From NCBI GenBank assembly GCA_951406725.2, contig OX597820.1, positions 16,492,001 through 16,556,000 of the forward strand: a stretch of 64,000 nt of DNA. Direction: 5' to 3'. How positions within the stretch are numbered: position 1 is the stretch's first letter; every line of letters begins with the position of its first letter. The notes beneath the pieces are model-generated. The model had not been told where the DNA came from. It saw only the letters and a program-made list of their open reading frames with translations, and searched no databases. This document shows positions 39,255-51,814 of this stretch, piece after piece. The translations under genes were made by a program, and so were the position numbers. The DNA is from Octopus vulgaris (lineage: Eukaryota).

Positions 39255-39544
39255 AGACGCAATGGCCCAGTGGTTAGGGCAGCGGACTCGCGGTCATAGG
39301 ATCGCGGTTTCGATTCCCAGACCGGCGTTGCAAGTGTTTATTGAGCGAAAACAAATAAAGCTCCAGGAGGCTCTGGTAGGGGGTGGTGGCAATCCCTGCT
39401 GTACTCTTTCGCCACAACTTTCACTCTTTCTTCTGTTGGCCTGCACGCTTAGCCAGCGGGGTGGCGTCATTTGAAGGCTAAAACAATGCGAAGCGCATTG
39501 TGACTAGCGATGTGTAACAACATCTGATAGCCTGGTCGGTCACG

Positions 39545-39550
<6 letters not shown>
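39251..39550 (+). mobile_element. tRNA-derived SINE (third family)
   Basis: ggagacgcaatggcccagtggttagggcagcggactcgcggtcataggatcgcggtttcgattccc shows tRNA A and B boxes; ends in (TA)n. Confidence 0.75.
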
Positions 39551-39593
<43 letters not shown>

Positions 39594-39614
39594 GGGTGTG
39601 TGTGTGTGTGTATA

Positions 39615-41430
39615 TATAAGGTGCGAAAGATATTTGAGAACACTTAATTATCCGTATATTACTCTCTTAAACCATTTAAAAGGATTTTGTTTCTTTCAGA
39701 TACATCATGGCTGATAAAATGCTAACACCAGAACTGAAAAGACGTACAGTCGATGTTGCCATAAGTGTGCAAGATACAGCGATTTTTAAAAGTTGCAAGA
39801 TCTTTTGTACATAACGTTCGCATGAAATTCGATGCCTCTGGCAGGAATGTTTCAACTGTATCCAAGCGAAAAATATATTCTAAACTTTCGGACACAATAA
39901 CATTTATAATGTTATCCAACGGGCACCTAACATTATAAATGATGATCCTGGAAAATCAATGAAAGCCATCGCACCAAAGAACTTCAGGTGTCGAAGTGAA
40001 CTATCAAGAGGACATTTGATACAAGTCGTGTCTACGGAGGAGAAGCCAATTCATGTCTGCAAAAGCACAGGAAAATCATTTGATCGAAGCCAAGCGGTTC
40101 CTTAGCAATGTAAAAACCTTCACGGACATGACATGCTTTAGTTCTCTGATGCGAAAAACATCGACTGACCAAGACCAAAAGTCTAACAAAAGAAATGACA
40201 GATGGTTATGTGCAGATCCTTCTGATGTCTCCAGTGATGTGTAGTGGATCTTGCATGCATGAAGTGGATTCGATCCACCACAGCCAAATTTAAATTAACA
40301 CTGCAACAGAACTTTTCCCACTGTGAAACAATGGTTTTTCTTTGACAGCAGTTTTACATTTTCCAGATGCCTTCAGCTAGGCCGAAATAATGTCTTCACC
40401 ACTTGACTCTTTCTAACCGCTTCTATTTCACCAAAAGCTAAAATAGAGATAACAAGACCACCAACTAAATCTATTGTTCTCAATGATAAATCTATCCCAC
40501 ACCCAACAACTCTCACTATCTCTAATTGTGTTCTCTTACAACATCATTCTATCTCTCTCTGTATTTACTACTAAACAATGAAGAGGGCACAAACACAAAC
40601 TTTACTTCGCATGCTTTTGGATTTACCATAATCTGCCCGTCGAGGCAAGGTATTTGTAACGTAACGGTAAATAAATATTTCCTTAAAACAACTCGTAAGT
40701 CCGTCTCCAGTAATGCATTTAGTTTAAAAAATTACGATGGTTTTAGAAGTGACGAATAACGAAGGTCATATCATGCCACCTCGTGTTTTTCCACAGGGCT
40801 TAAGAATTAATGCTTTTGGATACATTGAAGTACTGGGGAGTTGTTAAGCCCTAGATGGACGAAGTGGATAGCCGTATGTTCAGCACCGGACAATACAAGA
40901 ATGGCTATTAAACAGTCTTTACGATCATATAACACCAAATTTGTGACCTCCAAACTCGCCAGATTAAAATCCTATGGACTACTACGTTTAAAGCGTTGTT
41001 GAAAGGGAGACTAATCGACATTTTACTTTGGCGGTTTGAACAGAAGGTTATGCTGTGTGTTCGGTGGAATTTCAAGGAAGTGTTGTACTTCGAGCTTGTC
41101 CCAAATGGTCATGCTGCGAACACTAACCTTTATGCTAGACGAGTGCAGCAGGTATACGATGCTATGAAAGTCCACTACTTGGCATTGGCCAATTGAAGAT
41201 GCGCACTCCAACGGCATGACAAATCCCCCCCTCCAGCACACACTGTCAATGTGACCAAGCACAAACTTGAAGAACTTGAGAGGATGGAAGTGCTCCCTCA
41301 CCCTGCACCATCAGGTTACCACCTTTTCTGAGGTATGGCTCATTTGCTGCATTTCAACAATGGTTCAACAATGTGGATGAGGTTGAAAACGATTGCAGGT
41401 GGTTTTGTGCAAAAGAAAACACAGGAGGAT
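39615..41430 (+). mobile_element. Degenerate Tc1 remnant (interrupted at ~40245-40730) followed by a mariner remnant
   Basis: PNSPD*NPMDYYV-like segment at ~40950-40990; QKVMLCVRWNFKEVLYFELVPNG and EVLPHP-like mariner motifs at 41040-41330. Confidence 0.65.
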
Positions 41431-42225
41431 CAGTTAATTATATTCAACATATTCACTTTCCTCAGATTCACTCACTTATTGCAGCGGTCCTTCAGTTTTT
41501 CTAAGTCCTATAAAACAACTCGGAAGGTTGGCCTCCAGCTAGCATTTCGCCCGGCGTGCTAACGTTTCTGCCAGCTCGCCGCCTTACACACAGAAATTAT
41601 TGGCACAAAGCATGAACGGATACGGGAAGGCTAACGGAATTATATCTATTTCTATTTCTTTACTACCCACAAGGGGCTAAACACAGAGAGGACAAACAAG
41701 GACAGACAGACGGATTAGGTCAATTATAATCGACCACACTGCGTAACTGGTACTTAATTTATCGACCCCGAAAGGATGAAAGGCAAAGTCGACCTCGGCG
41801 GAATTTGAACTCAGAACGTAACGGCAGACGAAATACGGCTAAGCATTTCGCCCGGCGTGCTAACGTTTCTGCCAGCTCGCCGCCTTCGGATCAATACACT
41901 TGCTATACGAGTACCTCTCCATTAATGAAATGTTTCACCGGCCAAAACGGTAACAGGCTTGGAAAGTCCTTAAACAAATGCCGAAATATTTCAGCTAATC
42001 ACTCACTGCAGGTACACTAGCTGTCATGAGAGAATGCAGAAGGGGCGGCTTTCAAGGCCTGTGCACTCAACTAATGAATGATTCACATGTATCTAAAAGG
42101 TCAAGTGACACTTTGCGCTGGTTTTAATTTTAATTTTTTTTTTTTTCCTATTTAACATGTTATGTGAGGAATGTGAAACTGCGAAGCTGGAGCAGTGAAC
42201 AAAGGAAAAGGATGGCAGTGTCACG

Positions 42226-42277
<52 letters not shown>

Positions 42278-42601
42278 GATCTAGTACTCATCGAAAGTGA
42301 AAATTGTTTTAAGTATCCGAGTCATGCTGAGAGCCAGTTTAATGGCTGAGAGGACAGCGGCTATAGCGAGACAGTAGGAAGAGAGACGACAATGTCCTGT
42401 TATAAAGAGCGGCGAACTGGCAGAATCGTTAGCACGCCGGTAAAAATGCTTAACAGCATTTCGTTCGCCTGTACGTTTCTGAGTTCAAATTCCGAAATTT
42501 CAAGATCGTTGAGCGGTTGTGGGGATCGATGTCGATGTAAATCGACTTACCCTTCTTCCAAAATTGTTGGCCTTGTGCCAAAATTTGAAACCAATATTAT
42601 A

Positions 42602-42996
42602 TAGGAGTGGCTGTGTGGTAAGTAGCTTGCTAACCAACCACATGGTTCCGGGTTCAGTCCCACTGCGTGGCATCTTGGGCAAGTGTCTTCTGCTATAGCC
42701 CCGAGCCGATCAAAGCCTTGTGAGTGGATTTGGTAGACGGAAACTGAAAGAAGCCTGTCGTATATATGTATATATATGCGTATGTGTGTGTGTTTGTCCC
42801 CCTAGCATTGCTTGACAACCGATGCTGGTGTGTTTACGTCCCCGTCACTTAGCGGTTCGGCAAAAAGAGACCGATGGAATAAGTACTGGGCTCACAAAGA
42901 ATAAGTCCCGGGGTCGATTTGCTCGACTAAAGGCGGTGCTCCAGCATGGCCGCAGTCAAATGACTGAAACAAGTAAAAGAGTAAAAAGAGTAAAGA
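42602..42996 (+). mobile_element. tRNA-derived SINE family A (representative full copy)
   Basis: Head ggagtggctgtgtggtaag...ggttcagtccc (A/B boxes), central (TA)/(TG) microsatellite, tail (gtaaaaga)n. Other copies: ~2468-2812(-), 14530-14845(-), 31905-32290, 33422-33835(-), 34170-34553(-), 43958-44325, 44917-46513(-, split), 51940-52275, 61530-61935(-). Confidence 0.85.
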
Positions 42997-43394
42997 GTAT
43001 ATAACGAGCGGTGGATTTGAGAGATAGATAAATATGAAGGAAGTTGACACAGTGAATGAGTGAGTGAGAGAAAGATGGGGATGAAGAGTGGGTGAAAGAG
43101 TAAGGACAAAGCAAATTAGTGTGAATATTTGTGATTGATGGCGATGAGTGGCATGAAAGGCAGTCAGGCAGACGACGTTAAGAAGGAAAGAGAAGTGTTA
43201 GAAATGTACTTGAGAATGAGAAGCAAGGCTCGAGGTAAAACGTATATAAAGGAAAGTAGAAAGACAAAAATGAAACATAAAAAGAAAAGTGGAGTAAAGC
43301 TTGAAGTGGAGAGATTAGCAGAGATAAAACCTCGTAATTTTTCATAGATATTAAGCTAGTGTGTGTGTGTGTATGTTTGAATACATACATGTCC

Positions 43395-43428
<34 letters not shown>

Positions 43429-45137
43429 TATTTCTTTATTGTCCACAAGGGGCTAAACATAGAGGGTACAGACAAAGGGATTAAGTCGATTACATCGACC
43501 CCAGTGCGTAACTGGTACTTAATTTATCGACCCCGAAAAGATGAAAGGCAAAGTCGACCTCGGCGGAATTTGAACTCAGAATGTAACGGCAGACGAAATA
43601 CCTATTTCTTTATTACCCACAAGGGGCTAAACACAGAGGGGACAAACAAGGACAGACAAACGGATTAAGTCGATTATATCGACCCCAGTGCGTAACTGGT
43701 ACTTATTTAATCGACCCCGAAAGGATGAAAGGCAAAGTCGACCTCGGCGGAATTTGAACTCGGAACGTAGCAGCAGACGAAATACAGCTAAGCATTTAGC
43801 CCGGCGTGCTAACGTTTCTGCCAGCTCACTGCCTTCTATCTATCTATGTCTATATTTTGATTGAAGGGTCAGACGATATATTTATAGAGAATATGAAATT
43901 TATTTTTCGAAGGAAAAGGTTGAAAGTAGCTTCGACGTTTCACCGATTGTTAGGTTTAGTAGCTTGCTAACCAACCACATGGTTCTGGGTTCAGTCCCAC
44001 TGCGTGGCATCTTGGGCAAGTGTCTTCTACTATAGCCCCGGGCCGACTAATGCCTTGTGAGTGGATTTGGTAGACGGAAACTGAAAGAAGCCTGTCGTAT
44101 ATATGTATATATATGTGTGTGTGTGTGTGTTTGACCCCCTAGCATTGCTTGACAACCGATGCTGGTGTGTTTACGTCCCCGTCACTTAGCGGTTCGGCAA
44201 AACAGACCGATAGAATAAGTACTGGGCTTACAAAGAATAAGTCCCGGGGTCGATTTGCTCGACTAAAGGCGGTGCTCCAGCATGGCCGCAGTCAAATGAC
44301 TGAAACAATTAAAAGAGTAAAAGAGTTTACTGCGGAAATGAGACCGAGGAAAGACCACGGTGGTGCCCCAGCATGACCGCAGCCGCATAGCTAAAACGAG
44401 AATAAGACTAAAAGAATACACATACGTACGTATGTAAATGGATATTTGATGCAAAGCTTTGAAGGAAACATAACTAGAACATTTTAAGTAATGTCGAAGT
44501 GCCAATGATAATATGAAAAATATGATCACACTCATAAAGAGAGAGAGATAAATGTCTCCCAAATAAGTCGGCATCGAATCAGAAACGATAAATAGGCGAT
44601 GCCAAAACGTCTTATACCCCTAAAGAAGCCTCGTACAGGATAAGTAGCCAAAAGAAATCTCAGGAAGGTAACAATCTGATGATAGAGAAACGAGTGGAAG
44701 AGAAACGGGCTAAAATATATCGTAGTCTTTGCACCTCTTCGCATATATTCTTTTCGTACATAAAACCTGTTATCAGGAAACATTATCAAAGCCAAAACTT
44801 GGCCCTGATAAAAAGGAAACAAACTTGAAAGGTGACCTTGAAGAATTTTTTTTCTTCTCTTCGTTTCGTAAAAGAATATATTTTAGCTGAGAAATGTCAG
44901 TTTTCCATCACGCAGCACTCTCTTTACTCTTTTACTTTGTTTCAGTCATTTGACTGCGGCCATGCTGGAGCACCGCCTTTAGTCGAGCAAATCGACCCCA
45001 GGACATATTCTTTGTAAGCCGAGTACTTATTCCATCGGTCTCTTTTGCCGAACCGCTAAGTGACGGGAACGTAAACACACCAGCATCGGTTGTCAGGTAT
45101 ATATATATATATATATATATATTGTGTGTCTGTCGTG

Positions 45138-45175
<38 letters not shown>

Positions 45176-45184
45176 GTGTCTGTC

Positions 45185-45241
<57 letters not shown>

Positions 45242-45327
45242 GTGTGTGTGTGTGTGTCTGTGTTTGTCACCCCCAACATCGCTTGACAAACGATGTTGGT
45301 GTGTTTACGTTCCCATATATATATATA

Positions 45328-46247
45328 TAAATTAATAAATAAAATATATGCATACATACATACATACATATATGTACGTACCTACATCTATATGTATATA
45401 TACATGCATATATAAATATATATGTGAGTACAGGACACCACAAATAGACGTAGAACTCAACGAGAAACGAAAACGTAAAAACAAACATGGAAACGGACTT
45501 TTTTTAACAACGAAAAAACAGAGTACAAGACAAACAATACAAGGAAAATTCCCCTTCATCAGCTGTCCCTAGTTCGACTCCATGCGTGTTTCGAAGGTAA
45601 GGACAGAACACGACTCGTCGAACTAACCCTTCCTGCGAAAGAATTAAATAAAATTCCTTTGCAATGGGGTAAAAACAAGGAAAGAAAAAAATGTGACAAA
45701 AACAGGACGTAAAAACAATACAAATAAAAAAACAAATACAAATACAAAAAAATACAGTACAAGTAAAGAATAAAAACAGGACAATTGTTTCCTTGTCATG
45801 TTTTTATTCTTTACTTGTACTGTATTTTTTTGTATTTGTATTTGTTTTTTTATTTGTATTGTTTTTACGTCCTGTTTTTGTCACATTTTTTTCTTTCCTT
45901 GTTTTTACCCCATTGCAAAGGAATTTTATTTAATTCTTTCGCAGGAAGGGCTAGTTCGACGAGTCGTGTTCTGTCCTTACCTTCGAAACACGCATGGAGT
46001 CGAACTAGGGACAGCTGATGAAGGGGAATTTTCCTTGTATTGTTTGTCTTGTACTCTGTTTTTTCGTTGTTAAAAAAAGTCCGTTTCCATGTTTGTTTTT
46101 ACGTTTTCGTTTCTCGTTGAGTTCTACGTCTATTTGTGGTGTCCTGTACTCACATATATATATATATTTATATATGCATGTATATATACATGTAGATGTA
46201 GGTACGTACATATATGTATGTAAGCATATATTTTATTTATTAATTTA
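45328..46247. mobile_element. ~920 bp near-perfect palindrome (two ~455 bp inverted arms) carrying hammerhead core motifs; Penelope-like
   Basis: The left arm ends ...taaaaacaggacaa (45784), followed by spacer ttgtttcc and a right arm starting ttgtcatgttttta (45793). ORFs 45559-45762(-) and 45785-46018(+) are near identical. The palindrome is nested in (TA)n inside a family-A SINE. Confidence 0.85.
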
Positions 46248-46300
46248 TTGCATGACTGAGCGGCCTTGCGTCGTTTCGTTTCTTTTCTGTTCTCCAAGTA

Positions 46301-46356
<56 letters not shown>

Positions 46357-46749
46357 GGACAGGCTTCTTTCAGTTTCCATCTACCAAATCCACTCACAAG
46401 CCTTTGGTTGGCCCTAGGCCATAGTAGAAGACACTTGCCCAAGGTGCCACGCAGTGGGACTGAACCCGGAACCATGTGGATGGTTAGCAAGCTTACCACA
46501 CAGCCACGCCTGCACACCAACATACTTATAATTATAATTACCAATCAAATCGATGCACCACCACGTTTCCTTATTTACTAATTATTGTCTCTATAGTTAT
46601 TTACATCTTAGAGGCCCACTTTTAAGCAAATACAATAATCCCACGACTATCGCGGGTTTTACTATCCAAAACACCCCGTCAAAATCCGCGAAGTAGAAAC
46701 AGTACTGTACAGTGTATTTTTTAAAAATTATTTTTATAATTTGTACATA

Positions 46750-47030
46750 TTTGTTTGTTTGTTCCTTCTCGAGCCATGCCTGGCTCATAAGGGCCGGTTT
46801 CCCGGTTTCCTTGGCGTATAGGTTCCCCACCTGGACGGGACGCCGGTACGTCGCAGGTGAGCTGCAAGATGCAGGAGGAAAGATTGAGAGAAAGTTGTGG
46901 CGAAAGAGTCAGCCACGTGGAGCTTAGGTGTTTCGCTCATAAACACACACATCGCCCGCTCTGAGATTCGAACCCGCAATCCCTCGATCGCGAGACCGCT
47001 GCTCTAGCCACTAGGCCATGTGCCTCCACT
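46750..47030 (-). mobile_element. tRNA-derived SINE with LINE-like tail
   Basis: Minus strand ggaggcacatggcctagtggctagagcagcggtctcgcgatcgagggattgcgggttcgaatctc; tail ...ggctcgagaaggaacaaacaaac. Confidence 0.75.
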
Positions 47031-47180
47031 TGTATATAGTTTATCACAAATGCAAGACAACACTACAGAGGAATCGACGTCAGCTTAAATAATAAATCGC
47101 GATATGCCGAAAGATTTTTAGGATTGAAATACATAGCAAAAAGAACCTAATTCATTTGGTTGGTAAGCCTAAAATACAAA

Positions 47181-47581
47181 TCTTCTTTATATATAAAAGT
47201 GAGGTTGTGTGCTGTCTGTCTCCTACGATTTAGATTCCTAACTACTCCCACATTTTGCGGTGCAGTTTGACCAAAACCGGGTATCTTATAGTCGTGATTC
47301 ATATCGAGCCCTTCTGGGTATTAGCGCGCGTCTACGATGAGGCTACGATTTTAAAAATAATTTACCATCAATTTTTCCCATTTTTAATGCATTGTTGGCA
47401 TATATAAGGGAAGTAACTCTCTAAAAATTTATTAAATCTCAGAACGTAAAAAGCTACAGTAATACCCCCCCCCCCTTTGTGGTTAGCCATATTGAGATGG
47501 CTATTGTACTTTACATCTCTAAAAATGCTTATATAGTTATTTCCCTTACAAACCCGAGCAACACCGGGCGATACTGCTAGT
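47181..47581 (+). mobile_element. Non-autonomous Helitron-like element
   Basis: TCTT...TATATATAAAAGTG start; 3' hairpin cccgagcaacaccggg + CTAG|T. Confidence 0.75.
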
Positions 47582-47794
47582 GACTTTATAACACTCTTCC
47601 ATTTGGCCAATCTCCAAATTTAAAAGCAATGTCAACAGACGAACAAGCAATAATAGTGGGAACTAACGACAATATTTAATTTGAGTGTTTCTTGAAAATT
47701 ATCCAAAAGAAAAAAAAAGAGAAAAAAGATTCATTATGACGTCGATAATTTTCCAAGCCATTATCAGTGCGTGTAAGGCAGTGAGTTGGTAGGA

Positions 47795-48370
47795 AGGCGG
47801 TGAGCTGGCAGAATCGTAAGCACGCCGGGCGAAATGCTTAGCGGTATTTCGTCTGCCGCTACGTTCTGAGTTCAAATTCCGCCGAGGTCGACTTTGCCTT
47901 TCATCCTTTCGGGGTCGATAAATTAAGTACCAGTTATGCACTGGAGTCGAAGTAATTGACTTAATCCCTTTGTCTGTCCTTTTTGTCCTCTCTGTGTTTA
48001 GCCCCTTGTGGGTAGTAAAGAAATTGGTATTTCGTCTGCCGCTACGTTCTGAGTTCAAATTCCGCCGAGGTCGACTTTGCCTTTCATCCTTTCGGGGTCG
48101 ATAAATTAAGTACCAGTTACGCACTGGGGTCGATGTAATCGACTTAATCCCTTTGTCTGTCCTTGTTTGTCCTCTCTGTGTTTAGCCCCTTGTGGGTAGT
48201 AAAGAAATAGTTCAAGAAATAGTTCAAATTCCGCCGAGGTCGACTTTGCCTTTCATCCTTTCGGGGTCGATAAATTAAGTACCAGATGCGTACTGAGATT
48301 GAGCACTGGGGTCGATATAATCGACTGCCCCCACAAAAAAAATGTCGGGCCTTGTGCCTATAATAAAGAA
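47795..48370 (+). mobile_element. tRNA-derived SINE family B (tandem concatemer)
   Basis: Head ggcggtgagctggcagaa...gagttcaaattcc; body gaggtcgactttgcctttcatcctttcggggtcgataaattaagtaccag repeated three times. Other copies: ~3368-3588(-), 12799-13198, 28649-29255, 29670-29903, 41645-41886(-), 43425-43834(-), 53065-53520, 62123-62355(-), 62556-62767(-). Confidence 0.85.
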
Positions 48371-48749
48371 TAATTTCCGTGTGTGTGTGTGAAGCCGATG
48401 ATTTTAATGTTTTAATTTTTTTTAATATTTCATGCATTTTGTTTTTTCTTGTTACAGTTTCCCTTTTATGATTTTTCCTACTTGACTTTGATTTTTGGTT
48501 GTAACCACTTAACCTTTTCAGTGTGATTGCTCGTCACGTAATCTTCCCAGGCTGTCCACAATACGAGGTAGGTTTTCAAGTGTAGACAATGGCTACTAAA
48601 GTTTGAGTTTTCAAATATTTTATTAACCAGCATTGTCATACTTACAATAAATTAATGGAAAAAACATTCATCAAACAAAACGGTTACGCATCTTCTGTAT
48701 TTAACTTACTGGATAATCTCATGAAAGTTGTACAAGGAATTATAATATA

Positions 48750-49144
48750 ACTAGCAGTATCGCCCGGCGTTGCTCGGGTTTGTAAGGGAAATAACTATAT
48801 AAGCATTTTCAGAAAGTTATAGCCAAAAAATAGCAAAAAAATGCATTAAAAATTGAAAAAAAATTAAGGTAAATTTTTTAAATCGTTGACACATCGTAGA
48901 TATTTTTAGAGAGTTACTTCCCTTATATAAAAGCGAAAAAAATGCATTAAAATGGAAAAATATGATGGTAAATTTTTTTAAAATCGTAGACTCATCGTAG
49001 ACGCGCGCTAATACCCAGAAGGGCTCGATATGAATCACGACTATAAGATACCCGCTTTTGGTTAAACTGCACCGCAAAATGTGGGAGTAGTTACGAATCT
49101 AAATCGTAGGAGACAGACACACAACTTCACTCTTATATAAAGAT
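48750..49144 (-). mobile_element. Non-autonomous Helitron-like element
   Basis: Reverse-complement copy of the 47181 family (actagcagtatcgcccggcgttgctcggg...tatataaaga). Confidence 0.75.
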
Positions 49145-49926
49145 GCTTTTTTTTTCAGTCATAGAGTTAGATTTATGAAGGTCTTCAGTAGAAAATCCTT
49201 CGAATTCTGACTCGCTGCTTGATATAATGAAATTCGTATCCATTTTTTGTCAGAATTACAAATTTTGAAAACACAATAGGAACAAATTTCGGAAAAAAAT
49301 CTCCCATAATTCACGGAATTAAAATTACACTTCGATTTTTGTACAAAACTGTATTTGAAGTGTTTACGAAGTATAATACGTGTTTTCACGAATGTACTAA
49401 AGAGATTTACTCTGATATTCTCATTTAAATATGAATAGGTAAATTCGGGCGGTTTGGTAACGAAAGGGTTTATATAAGTGTCGTCTGTTTATACATAAAC
49501 ACTGTTTCATACTTTCAGTTTAGTCTTCCTCAAATCACTCTGTCGCTATTTACTCTCTTCCAAGAACATTTTCACTCACACTTATCTGTTAGCTTGCCAT
49601 ACATTTTACTCATGTATCTATCAGCGTGATAGACAGAAACAAATATTACATCTAGTTTCACTTTATTCGTTGCACACTGTGTGTGTGCGTTTGCGTGTGC
49701 TGTAAACCAGACTAAGAAAAGCATTTGACATACACACCAGAATGTGAGTTTTCTGTAAATTTTGCTTAATTGGAGTTTAAATTTTAAAAACTGGACCTGG
49801 CAAAACCCGATGCATTCTACTCTTAAAAATGCTAGGTAAATTGTAATTGAAGAAATCCTATATTGTAGATTTCTATAACTGACAAAGGGAGGCAGATAAA
49901 ATCTGCCTTTTATAATAAGAGATTAA

Positions 49927-50323
49927 CTAGCAGTATCGCCCGGCGTTGCTCGGGTTTGTAAGGGAAATAATTATATAAGCATTGTTAGAGAGTTATAGCC
50001 AAAAAATAGCAAAAAAATGCATTAAAAATGGAAAAAAAATTATGGTAAATTTTTTTTTAAATCGTTGACTCATCGTAGACATTTTTAGAGAGTTACTTCC
50101 CTTATATAATAGCGGAAAAAGTGCATTAAAATGGAAAAAAATGATGGTAATTTTTTTTTTAATCGTAGACTCATCGTAGACGCGCGCTAATACTCAGAAG
50201 GGCTCGATATGAATCACGACTATAAGATACCCGGTTTTGGTTAAACTGCACCGCAAAATGTGGGAGTAGTTAGGAATCTAAATCGTAGAAGACGGACACA
50301 CAACTTCACTTTTATATATAAAA
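49927..50323 (-). mobile_element. Non-autonomous Helitron-like element
   Basis: Near-identical to 48750-49144. Confidence 0.75.
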
Positions 50324-50373
50324 ATATGTGGTACTTGACACTGCAAATCAAAGTAGGTGCCTTTTGTACAACA

Positions 50374-50893
50374 TACCGTAAATCCTCGAGTATAATCCGA
50401 ATCCCCCCCCCAAAAAAAATTTAATGGTCAAAATCCCTAGTGCGTACTATATACGAGGTTAAAAATGAAAATTATTTTCTAAGCAATGTCCGAGTCTCTA
50501 TTTGCTATCCGGCAATGTTTATTCAGACGCATTTTGTGATGTCGGGTGTGAAAATGCCTTAAGCTAAGCCAGAAGGCAATGAAGTCATAAAAGAATCATC
50601 CATAACTTGCAGTAAGCAACATTTATGAAACGTTATTACTGTTATTTCTTTATTTTCTGCAAACAAAATGCACAAAAAAGCTACACGTTTGCATTATGTT
50701 ATATATACAATAATAATAAAAGACATTACCATATACATTTTTACAAACCAAGGACGTTATATAGACCTCCTTGGCTCAAGTTAGAGAAGGGTTGCGTATT
50801 ATACACAAGGTTTAGGTTTTTCATAGGTACAGCCCCCTAAAAATCCTCTGCATATTATACTCAAGGGTGGAGTATACTCGATGATTTATGGTA
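50374..50893. mobile_element. TIR DNA transposon/MITE (Tc1/pogo-like, TA target)
   Basis: TIRs taCCGTAAATCCTCGAGTATA ... TATACTCGATGATTTATGGta; a second copy lies at 59263-59753. Confidence 0.8.
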
Positions 50894-51109
50894 ATTACAT
50901 CAGGATTTTTTCTGTAACTTCTTTAAAGAAATTTCCTGGAAAAAGTTAATTATCTTCTGAGATTCATCGTGGAAAATTACCCCAATACACCAAATTTTAA
51001 AATTTTCACTAAACTTTAAAAAAATTTCTACGGGTAGCCAAAAAGAAAAAAATCCCATTTGAAAAGTGATAGAGGTGGGAGAAAGAACAACTCGCAACAA
51101 GTAACATAG

Positions 51110-51316
51110 ATTGCTTTTGATAGCTTAGTGACACCCTGGCCCTGAGAGGGAATGTTCAGCCAAATTGTTTGACAGGAAAACACGTCGCGTTACTTTGAAA
51201 TTTGTCGCGTTAATCATAGTTAAGTCAACCGATGCTGATCGATCAAGACATACCTTTTATGGCGACACTTTTCCTCTTGTGGAGATATAATAGTTCGTAG
51301 TTCTATCCAGGTAAGA
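51110..51316 (+). promoter_or_regulatory. Candidate promoter/5'UTR exon of WDPCP
   Basis: Unique, CpG-enriched stretch (CACGTCGCGT, TGTCGCGT) with an RFX-half-site-like GCTTAGTGAC, ending in a strong donor CAG|gtaaga at 51310/51311. No matching acceptor was firmly identified. Confidence 0.3.
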
Positions 51317-51497
51317 GCTGAGTTATAATTTAAAACTTCGCAGAGACCTCTCTACGCTTTAAAAAGCTTCCAGGCGATCGCTCAATCTGCTAAAAGTAAC
51401 AGCCAAATCTATCTCAGATCACACCATAGAGCAGTAGTCTCCATCTTTTTTTTTTAATATCCGGTCAGATCTAAAACCTGATTTTTTTTAAAAGAGG

Positions 51498-51814
51498 GCG
51501 GATCTTTTCCTTTTGAACGGCTAATGTCAATACAATTTCTAGATAACTAAACATTTTAAAACTTCGTATGCTGGTAGAATGTGTTTATAAAACATCATTT
51601 TTTCTTGGCTTTATTGAGAAAATTCTATATGTTGTAACATATTTCGACTTCAATTTCGAGCATTTCGGCAATTTTAACCAATCGCTGACCTCCATTGACG
51701 TAAACAACATTCCGTGCTGTATGAATATGTCCCTCCTTTAAGAAACAGATTGGGTTTATTTACATTTGCGAAGAAAAAAAGATACCCTGCCAAGATACCA
51801 TTGGAAAAGATCCA
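51498..51814. mobile_element. MITE family with GGATCTTTTCC termini
   Basis: GGATCTTTTCC...GGAAAAGATCC; related pieces at ~24433-24592, 53555-53734 and 58320-58901 (the last with long internal inverted arms). Confidence 0.65.

Noticed and set aside
39251-39325. tRNA-like sequences (also 46955-47030 and 60400-60480)
   Set aside because: The acceptor stems do not close and the sequences run into SINE bodies, so they are SINE heads rather than tRNA genes.
44670-44700. CTGATGA-taga-GAAAC hammerhead-like core
   Set aside because: No stem II, and no stem I or III complementarity found.
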